Shown here piece by piece: positions 9,757-16,813 of a stretch of DNA of 64,000 nucleotides. The translations under genes and the position numbers were made by a program. Numbering within the stretch: position 1 is the first letter of the stretch; every line of letters starts with the position of its first letter. The notes under the pieces were generated by a model that did no database searches, was not told the origin of the DNA, and was given only the letters and a program-made list of their open reading frames with translations. This DNA is from an uncultured Gammaproteobacteria bacterium (GTDB taxonomy: Bacteria > Patescibacteriota > Patescibacteriia > Magasanikbacterales > GWA2-37-8): NCBI GenBank assembly GCA_964540825.1, contig CAZINT010000004.1:24835-88834 (forward strand). Direction: 5' to 3'.

Positions 9757-10848
9757 ATGATTATCAACTGGTTCCCGGAGCATCCACCCCTCTATGATAT
9801 AACTAAAAGCTACCACGACAATGCCGAGCATGGACCATTCTTTGCCGGCGTCATTCCCGAACGCATCTGGCCAACCACCTCGACCTGGAACGATTTTTTG
9901 GGTTTCAAAGTTGCTTCAAAAATCGGTGTTCCCGCCGGACCACTTCTCAATTCCAAGTGGACAACGCTCGCCGGAAAACTAGGCTATGATATTGTTACCT
10001 ACAAAACCATTCGGAGCCAAGCAATGGCAGGCCACCCCCTCCCCAACATGCTCTATATTGATGTACCAGGCGGCAGCGATATCCGCACTACCGGGGACAC
10101 CGTAACAGTTAGGAGCAGCCTTCCCGGTAGCATGGACGAGCTGGCCGTTACCAACTCATTCGGTATGCCCTCTTACTCGCGCAATTTTCTTCTTGAAGAT
10201 ATTGATCGGGCGAAAAAAGCTTTGCATGCCGGGCAAATACTGATCGTATCGATCGTCGGCACGCCGCGGCCAGGCGAAGACTTTATAGAAGATTTTGTTC
10301 AGGCTGCCCTCATTGCCAAAGAAGCCGGGGCACCGATTATCGAAGCCAATTTTTCTTGCCCCAATGTTTGCCGTGGTGAAGGCAGTATTTTTACCAATCC
10401 TGAAACAGTCTCTACTATCAGTAAGCGCATCGTTGCCGCACTTGGCGCAGGCATTCCGCTCATTATTAAGGTGGGCACCTACGCTGATACCACACTCATG
10501 AAAAAAGTTTTCCTGGCTGCCGCCGACGCCGGTGTACGGGCGATTGAAGGCATCAATACCGTTGGACGCAAAGTTGTCACCCCTACCGGTGAACCGGCGC
10601 TTGGCGCCGAGCGACTCACAAGCGGGATTTGCGGTGGTCCGATCCGCCAGGCAGCAGTGGATTTTGTAAGGCAAGGGCGAGAAATTATTACCCGCGAAAA
10701 ATTAGACCTTACCCTCATCGGCGTTGGCGGGGTTACAAACCCGGAACATTTTAATGCATTTTTTGAAGCGGGCGCCGACGCCGCACTGGTCGCAACAGGC
10801 ATGATGTGGAACCCTTACCTTGCAGCCCAATTTCATACTCATACTTAA
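9757..10848 (+). CDS. pyrD: Dihydroorotate dehydrogenase (class 1-like)
   Basis: TIM-barrel DHOD motifs (NxSCPN, GGV...). The ORF opens with TTG at 9751; ATG 9757 was chosen as the start. Confidence 0.85.
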   Translation: MIINWFPEHPPLYDITKSYHDNAEHGPFFAGVIPERIWPTTSTWNDFLGFKVASKIGVPAGPLLNSKWTTLAGKLGYDIVTYKTIRSQAMAGHPLPNMLYIDVPGGSDIRTTGDTVTVRSSLPGSMDELAVTNSFGMPSYSRNFLLEDIDRAKKALHAGQILIVSIVGTPRPGEDFIEDFVQAALIAKEAGAPIIEANFSCPNVCRGEGSIFTNPETVSTISKRIVAALGAGIPLIIKVGTYADTTLMKKVFLAAADAGVRAIEGINTVGRKVVTPTGEPALGAERLTSGICGGPIRQAAVDFVRQGREIITREKLDLTLIGVGGVTNPEHFNAFFEAGADAALVATGMMWNPYLAAQFHTHT

Positions 10849-10858
10849 TCTGTATTCT

Positions 10859-11503
10859 ATGGATACGAGTGAATCAATTGCCACCATGCTTCTTGACCTC
10901 AAAGCAGTCACACTCAGCGTCGACCCTCCCTTTACTTGGTCGTCAGGAATTAAGTCCCCTATTTATTGCGACAATCGCCTGCTCATTTCTTTTCCGGAAG
11001 CACGAAAAAAAGTAATCGAAGGTTTTAAGCAAATTATTGCTGAAAAAAATATTGTCTTTGATGTGGTTGGAGGCACTGCAACCGCCGCTATCCCTTGGGG
11101 AGCATTCCTGGCGTATGAGCTCGATAAACCCATGGTGTATATTCGCCCCGAGCCAAAAGGTCACGGTACCGGCAAACAAGTGGAAGGAACGATGCAGCAG
11201 GGTGCGCGCGTACTCATTATTGAAGATCTGGTTTCGACCGGTGGGAGTTCACTTACATCTGCAGCCGCTTGCGCCCGAGAATATAATGCGGTTATTACTG
11301 ACGTGCTTGCAATTTTTAGTTATGAAATGCAGGAAGCAGAAAATGCTTTTACTGAAAAAAATATTCGTCTCACGACATTGAGTTCGTTTTCGAAGTTGCT
11401 CTGCACAGCTGAAACAAAAGGATACATAAACGAAAAGGAAAAATCCACCGCTCTTTCCTGGAGTAAAGACCCGCGCGGCTGGTTTGAAACTATTTCTAAG
11501 TAA
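10859..11503 (+). CDS. pyrE: Orotate phosphoribosyltransferase
   Basis: PRPP-binding motif VLIIEDLVSTGGS. Confidence 0.9.
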   Translation: MDTSESIATMLLDLKAVTLSVDPPFTWSSGIKSPIYCDNRLLISFPEARKKVIEGFKQIIAEKNIVFDVVGGTATAAIPWGAFLAYELDKPMVYIRPEPKGHGTGKQVEGTMQQGARVLIIEDLVSTGGSSLTSAAACAREYNAVITDVLAIFSYEMQEAENAFTEKNIRLTTLSSFSKLLCTAETKGYINEKEKSTALSWSKDPRGWFETISK

Positions 11504-11510
11504 ACTCACT

Positions 11511-12329
11511 ATGAACGCTCTTGAAAAACTGGAACGAAGTATTAAAAAAAATAATTCACTCGTGTGCGTCGGCCTTGATCCTGAAATAGCAAAGCTTCCT
11601 GAACAATTTAAAAATTCCAATACTCCACAGTTTGATTTTAATCGAGCGATCATCGATGCCACGCACGACCTCGTCTGTGCCTATAAACCAAACCCCGCAT
11701 TTTATGAAGCACGCGGTGCGGATGGCATCCGTGAATTAAAAATGACTTGCGACTATATTCGTGAAACGTATCCGGATATTTTTCTCATTTTGGATTTAAA
11801 ACGCGCCGATATTGGCAATACCAGCTGCGGTTCGGCTGAGTTTGGCTTTGATTATCTTGGTGCAGACGCAGTAACCCTGAATCCGTACCTTGGTAGCGAC
11901 GCGCTTGCTCCCTACCTCGAGCGGGCCGACAAAGCATCGTTCATCCTCTGCCGCACGTCCAATGCCGGTAGCGGCGAAATTCAAGACTTATTGGTTGATG
12001 GTGTACCGCTCTACCAAAAAATTGCTTTAAAAATTGCCACCGAGTGGAACAAAAATAAAAACTGTGGCTTGGTTGCTGGCGCCACGTATCCTACTGAACT
12101 TGCGACTGTCCGCCACCTTGCAGGCGATCTGCCTATTCTAACACCCGGTATTGGTGGCCAAGGCGGCAGCGTTGAAGCCATACTTAAGGCCGGGTTAACA
12201 CCGCAAAAAACCGGTCTCATCATCAATTCTTCGCGAAGTATTATTTTTGCCGGTAGCGGCAAAGATTTTGCCGAAAAGGCCAGATCTGCCGCTTTGGAAC
12301 TCCGCAAAGAAATACATAATTTTTGCTAA
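11511..12329 (+). CDS. pyrF: Orotidine 5'-phosphate decarboxylase (long/type-2 form)
   Basis: VCVGLDP, DLKRADIGNT and the rest of the OMPdecase fold; 272 aa. Confidence 0.85.
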   Translation: MNALEKLERSIKKNNSLVCVGLDPEIAKLPEQFKNSNTPQFDFNRAIIDATHDLVCAYKPNPAFYEARGADGIRELKMTCDYIRETYPDIFLILDLKRADIGNTSCGSAEFGFDYLGADAVTLNPYLGSDALAPYLERADKASFILCRTSNAGSGEIQDLLVDGVPLYQKIALKIATEWNKNKNCGLVAGATYPTELATVRHLAGDLPILTPGIGGQGGSVEAILKAGLTPQKTGLIINSSRSIIFAGSGKDFAEKARSAALELRKEIHNFC

Positions 12330-12354
12330 TTTTAGCCAAAATAGTTTGTACACC

Positions 12355-12413
12355 TCTTGACAAAAGGGGTGTTTTTTGATAGGATGGAGCGTTGCTCAAA
12401 TACGGAGGTTTCC
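12355..12413 (+). promoter_or_regulatory. Sigma-70-like promoter plus a strong Shine-Dalgarno in front of the high-GC gene
   Basis: TTGACA-17-TAGGAT, then GGAGG 7 nt before ATG 12414. This contrasts with the Shine-Dalgarno-poor neighbouring genes. Confidence 0.5.
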
Positions 12414-12752
12414 ATGTCCCAGCCTTTTCATGAGGTTCCTATCGGCTTTTTGATCGCCGTGCTTTACCACCACGAGATCGTCGAGGCGGTTGACCATGAC
12501 CAGGTGCCTGGAACAGTCGGCGAGGTCCTCGACTGGTCGAAGGCCATCCTCGGCATCGAGTTCGAGCCGGCCCAGTTCGTCGAGGCGCTCAAGCAGCTGG
12601 CGGAGTACTTCCGTCGCCGGCTCCACGACGACACGATCCTCAGACGGCTGAACGATGTGGTTCCGAACCGCCTCGACAAGGGTCAGAGCATCGACGCCAT
12701 TGAGCAGGCCATGCTCAAGGAGTTCGGCAATCACATCTTTTTCCGGAAGTAA
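12414..12752 (+). CDS. Hypothetical 112-aa protein encoded in a ~62% GC island
   Basis: Clean ORF with very high third-position GC. ORFs overlap on both strands, as expected for high-GC DNA. The product was not recognised. Confidence 0.55.
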   Translation: MSQPFHEVPIGFLIAVLYHHEIVEAVDHDQVPGTVGEVLDWSKAILGIEFEPAQFVEALKQLAEYFRRRLHDDTILRRLNDVVPNRLDKGQSIDAIEQAMLKEFGNHIFFRK

Positions 12753-12786
12753 CCCTGGTCAAGCGGCACACTCGACCACCCTCGTC

Positions 12787-12845
12787 CCGCCGCTACCCAC
12801 CAAGTTCATTCGTGGACTTTCGTAGGTAGCGGGACGAGCAATCGA
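12787..12845 (+). repeat. GC-rich stem-loop (14-bp stem, 27-nt loop) 3' of the high-GC gene
   Basis: ctcgtcccgc(cg)ctacc ... ggtagcgggacgag. No U-tract, as in terminators of high-GC organisms. Confidence 0.5.
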
Positions 12846-12865
12846 TCCGCTTGTTCCTTACAAAA

Positions 12866-12897
12866 AATAAAAACCACCTAAAAGGTGGTTTTTATTT
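12866..12897. terminator. Bidirectional rho-independent terminator
   Basis: An A-run, then aaaccacc-taaaa-ggtggttt, then a T-run. Confidence 0.75.
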
Positions 12898-14043
12898 TTA
12901 TACTCCGTTTGCCGCAACGAGTCGGTGCCTAATCGCATCACGCAAATTCACGAGTTCCGGGTAGTCATAAAAAAATAATACTTTCTGATCAGCGATCGAC
13001 GTGCCGGTTGGCCTGTCTTTAAGGACAAACGCGCTCCAACTTTCGGCCATATCTTCTTCAGGATTTACTGCGGCATAGTCGGTAATAAACCAGTCCTGAT
13101 GTTGGCTATACCAGTCGTTCATTTGTTCTTGTATGGCCGCATCATAGCCATCTTGAGAAAGCGCTTTATATTCACTCCAGGTCGATTTCCAAAAGCGATT
13201 GTAAAAAGTATTCAGATACGAATCGCTGCGCATACAGCCAAACAAAGAAGTGTAGGCTCTGCAGTCACTGCCGTCATCTATGCTACTGCTTTCGCCATCT
13301 TCGTTATCAGAAGGCGCCACGCTTTCATCATAACCCGCTTGTTCGTTTTGATTCAGGGTAAGTGCGTGACCAAACTCATGAATTAAAAAATAGGTGAGGC
13401 TTCCCGGGTCAAAATTGTTATTCGGAAACGCATCAGCAATATCGACGTAAAGGGTGTAGGTTCCGCTTCCGGCGTCGCCTGGCACCAAAGACGCTGCTGA
13501 TTTCGAGTTACCGTCGGTATACACGACGTAACCGTCGACAATGTCATACATCCCTTTTGGAAATAGGGTGGTGAACAATTTCCACGGACGCTGCAGCTTA
13601 TTTTTATCCTTTTGCCATTTTTTCAATGCCGCCGGAACCGCTGGACGGTCAGTAAGTTTGAGTTTGCCGTCATCTGCGCTGTACTCCATAATCGACGTTT
13701 CTTCATCCACGTCAAACGAATCCTGTTCGCGATCAGCGTTAATATACTTGTTCCAAATCGCCAATCCCTTAGCCGCTGCAGCCGACTCCTTCGCCGTGCA
13801 ATCGCCGCTTGAGCTGCACACGAGTTTGCAGGCCTTAGCACTCACGTCATAGCGCTCGCTTTTCAAACAATCTTCAGGCTTCAATTCCGGAAAACTATGT
13901 ACCGGAGCTTCGTTTGAAAAAGAAAATAGTCGGGCCTCGCTGATTTTGGCACTGACTGTTTGCAAAGCGTCCCCCGGCTGGCAGCCAGCACCCATTGTGA
14001 GGACGGCGATTAACCCTGCGGTTATAAAATATTTTTTAGACAT
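12898..14043 (-). CDS. Secreted zinc-metallopeptidase-like lipoprotein
   Basis: Signal peptide with a lipobox (LTMGAGC), HEFGH zincin motif and a downstream Glu (EDMAE); 381 aa. Confidence 0.65.
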   Translation of the reverse strand: MSKKYFITAGLIAVLTMGAGCQPGDALQTVSAKISEARLFSFSNEAPVHSFPELKPEDCLKSERYDVSAKACKLVCSSSGDCTAKESAAAAKGLAIWNKYINADREQDSFDVDEETSIMEYSADDGKLKLTDRPAVPAALKKWQKDKNKLQRPWKLFTTLFPKGMYDIVDGYVVYTDGNSKSAASLVPGDAGSGTYTLYVDIADAFPNNNFDPGSLTYFLIHEFGHALTLNQNEQAGYDESVAPSDNEDGESSSIDDGSDCRAYTSLFGCMRSDSYLNTFYNRFWKSTWSEYKALSQDGYDAAIQEQMNDWYSQHQDWFITDYAAVNPEEDMAESWSAFVLKDRPTGTSIADQKVLFFYDYPELVNLRDAIRHRLVAANGV

Positions 14044-14117
14044 ATATAACTGTACAAAAAAGTATATTCCTTTGTGACCATTCTACACTTTTTAGAGTGT
14101 TTAGGCTAGTTTAGGTT

Positions 14118-14150
14118 AAAAAAATACCGCCTTTGAAAGGCGGTATTTTC
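14118..14150 (-). terminator. Rho-independent terminator of the SPFH gene
   Basis: ataccgcc-tttgaaa-ggcggtat flanked by A and T runs. Confidence 0.75.
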
Positions 14151-14156
14151 AAGGCT

Positions 14157-14906
14157 TTATTTATGTTCCTGCTGCATAAACTGTTTGATCTCCGAAATCG
14201 TACTCATGAATTGAGCAGGGAAAATAATGGTGGAATTCTTTTCAACACTGATCTCCGCCATGGTCTGGAGGTTACGAAGCTGGAGAGCAATCGGATGAGC
14301 AGCCATAATATCAGCGGTGTCGGCGAGTTTTTGACTTGAGAGAAATTCACCTTCAGCAGCAATAATTTTAGCGCGTTTTTCGCGTTCCGCTTCAGCTTGT
14401 TTAGCCATCGCGCGCTGCATGCCTTCGGGGAGTTCAATATCTTTAATTTCAACGACCGACACAACCACACCCCAGCTTTCAGTGTGCTGATCAAGTACGG
14501 CGGTAATTTCTTTGTTGATCGATTCGCGTTCGCTCAAGATTTCATCGAGCTGAAATTTACCAACGATGTTACGCACCGATGTCTGAGCGATTTGATTAAT
14601 TGCACTCATGACATTTTCAATGCCAACAATGCTTTTGACCGCATCCACAATTTTGTAATACGCAACTGCGGAAACATCCACAGATACATTGTCTTTGGTA
14701 ATAATCTTTTGCGGCGGGATCGGCAAGGTAATGGTGCGGAAGTCAACTTTGCGCAACTGATCGATAAACGGGATAACGACGTTTAAACCCGGTTCTTTGA
14801 TACCAACGATCTTGCCAAAACGAAACACCACGCCTTTTTGGTACTGCTGGACAACCCGAAGTCCGAGGGCGATGAGGATGATCGGGATGATAATGAGAAA
14901 TCCCAT
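14157..14906 (-). CDS. SPFH/band-7 (stomatin/HflK-like) membrane protein
   Basis: N-terminal transmembrane helix, SPFH core, and a coiled-coil segment rich in A, E and R. Confidence 0.9.
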   Translation of the reverse strand: MGFLIIIPIILIALGLRVVQQYQKGVVFRFGKIVGIKEPGLNVVIPFIDQLRKVDFRTITLPIPPQKIITKDNVSVDVSAVAYYKIVDAVKSIVGIENVMSAINQIAQTSVRNIVGKFQLDEILSERESINKEITAVLDQHTESWGVVVSVVEIKDIELPEGMQRAMAKQAEAEREKRAKIIAAEGEFLSSQKLADTADIMAAHPIALQLRNLQTMAEISVEKNSTIIFPAQFMSTISEIKQFMQQEHK

Positions 14907-14931
14907 ATTCGTAGAGTTAAAAATAAAAAAG

Positions 14932-15513
14932 TTATTTGATTCGTTGCAGAGCCTCTTTCAGCAGTTGTTCGCTGGTTTTGGCCTTACTATCAAGGTTTTT
15001 GACCGCGTCTCTGGCTTCACTCGCAGAATAGCCCAAAGCGATCAGTCCGTCAATGACATCACCGACATTGTCCGACACATTCTCAAGGCCCGCTTCGGCC
15101 AAAGATTCAACGCCCGTGAGTTTAGTCTTAAGGTCAACCACGATGCGTTCAGCCGTCTTTTTGCCAATACCGCTTACTTTGGTGAGGTACGCGACGTCGC
15201 CACGGCCAACCGCACGCGTAATTTCTTCGACTGATCCGAGCGCGAGCAAATGCAAGGCAGTTTTAGGCCCAACACCGCTGACTGACAAAAAATGTTTAAA
15301 AAGCTCTCGTTCACGAGCATTTTCAAAGCCAAAAAGTTCAAGCGCGTCTTCGCGAACTACCAGGTACGTCTCAAGCTGAACTTCGGAGCCAGAAGTACAG
15401 CGCTCGGCCGCACGCGGACTTACTAAAATTTTGTAGCCAACACCGCCAGCAGTTAAAAGGACTACTTCAATTTGATTGTTGGTAATAATTTTTCCTTGGA
15501 GGAGTGAGATCAT
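14932..15513 (-). CDS. ruvA: Holliday junction DNA helicase RuvA
   Basis: OB domain, HhH motifs (GVGPKTA, GIGKKTAERI) and a C-terminal domain. Confidence 0.9.
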   Translation of the reverse strand: MISLLQGKIITNNQIEVVLLTAGGVGYKILVSPRAAERCTSGSEVQLETYLVVREDALELFGFENARERELFKHFLSVSGVGPKTALHLLALGSVEEITRAVGRGDVAYLTKVSGIGKKTAERIVVDLKTKLTGVESLAEAGLENVSDNVGDVIDGLIALGYSASEARDAVKNLDSKAKTSEQLLKEALQRIK

Positions 15514-15518
15514 AGATG

Positions 15519-15590
15519 CGCACAGCAGAGTAGGCAGAGTAAGTATTGTACTTACCTTGCTTAATCTGCCTACTCTGCTTAGTACTAAAA
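15519..15590. repeat. Palindromic interspersed repeat, copy A
   Basis: 13-bp perfect inverted repeat gcagagtaggcag / ctgcctactctgc around a 28-nt loop. It shares modules (gtactaagcaga, agtaagta, cttaatctgcct) with copy B at 48418-48491. Confidence 0.7.
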
Positions 15591-15591
15591 T

Positions 15592-16557
15592 TTATTTCTT
15601 CTTATTACGGCTCACACGAATCAGCCCGCCGCACGGAATAATCTCGACGCCTTTCTTTTCAAGTTCATCAAGAAACAAATTCATTCCCAGTGAATCGGAC
15701 GACATATGGCCGGCAATAATAACGTTCATATGCTGTTCGTTTACCCGCTTTAGAGCGTCCTCACGCATGTGCATACTAATAATTGTGCTGTATCCTACGC
15801 GAGAAAACTCTTCGTATACCTGCGCAGAGGGCTCGGTGCCACCGGTCATCTCAACGAGATATTTACCTACTTTTTTATGACGACCGCCCGCAATTATTTT
15901 TGGTCCCGCTCCGCGCCGTTTCGCCTCTTGATATTCGGGCTGTTCCATCAGCAGGTCAAGCATTTCACCAACTGTTTCTGGTTTTTCTTTCTTAAAAAGA
16001 TTTTCTAAAAATTGATTAACCAGGTTATCGGTAATCGTATGCGTGCTCATGAAGTTAATGCCGAGGATGCGAGCAATGTCGACCGCTCGGTGATGATTGG
16101 CTGCGTGTACGCTTCGCCCGACTTCTTGAATACGGTCACCCATTACTTTTTCAGCCACATGAATGGGCAGTCCAAAACTTTCAAAAACACCAGTCGACAT
16201 CTCCATCACTTCGTGAAGGCTCGCTAGCGCATTGCCTGTTGGATGGTGCGAAATTGCTAAATCGATCTTTTTACCGCGCTCATTCAACTGAGTGGCCATA
16301 AGTATTTCCCCGGCATCAATATCGATACCTGCAATAATCCGCTTCACCTCTTTGCGACCGTCGTCAACATGAATATAGCTATCCGGGTACGGATTCGTAA
16401 GGCGGGTAGTATCAAAATATTTTTTATCCTTTTCTTTAAGCTCGCTATATTCCTTTTTTTCCCGAGCTAAATACTTGGCCACTTCTTTCGCCCCCCGCGG
16501 ATCGGCTGCAATACCCATTTTAACTCCCAGTTCAAAGACATTTTTTACATTCAACAT
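15592..16557 (-). CDS. NIF3 (YqfO/YbgI) family dinuclear-metal protein
   Basis: ISHHP motif and the overall NIF3 fold in the translation; 321 aa. Confidence 0.8.
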   Translation of the reverse strand: MLNVKNVFELGVKMGIAADPRGAKEVAKYLAREKKEYSELKEKDKKYFDTTRLTNPYPDSYIHVDDGRKEVKRIIAGIDIDAGEILMATQLNERGKKIDLAISHHPTGNALASLHEVMEMSTGVFESFGLPIHVAEKVMGDRIQEVGRSVHAANHHRAVDIARILGINFMSTHTITDNLVNQFLENLFKKEKPETVGEMLDLLMEQPEYQEAKRRGAGPKIIAGGRHKKVGKYLVEMTGGTEPSAQVYEEFSRVGYSTIISMHMREDALKRVNEQHMNVIIAGHMSSDSLGMNLFLDELEKKGVEIIPCGGLIRVSRNKKK

Positions 16558-16668
16558 AGCAAAAATTTTAAGAATACGGCAGGTTTATAGTACCTTGCAG
16601 CATCCAGTCTGTCAAATGGGTAATTGGTGTTATTTTGGCTTTGTTGAGCTTTTTTTTCATTAAAAAGC

Positions 16669-16813
16669 TTGACAAAACACTGAACTTGGCATAAAATACG
16701 TTTCTAAATATGAACAAACTTCGTCACAAGTTACCCGTCATCCCAAACAAAATTTTTAAACTCTTTTTTACCTGCTAAAAAGCCTCTTTTACTAAAGGCT
16801 TTTTTTAATTTTT
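16669..16813 (+). promoter_or_regulatory. Promoter, leaderless 22-codon leader peptide and terminator-like hairpin in front of the ATP-grasp operon
   Basis: TTGACA 16669-74, 17-nt spacer, TAAAAT 16692-97. ORF MNKLRHKLPVIPNKIFKLFFTC* at 16710-16778, whose stop overlaps the hairpin aaaagcct-cttttactaa-aggctttt; then U7..U5 directly before ATG 16814. Confidence 0.5.

Noticed and set aside
12357-12413. Longer start (MTKGVFFDRMERCSNTEVS) for the high-GC gene
   Set aside because: It would initiate at the TTG inside the promoter -35 hexamer. ATG 12414 with a GGAGG Shine-Dalgarno is the real start.
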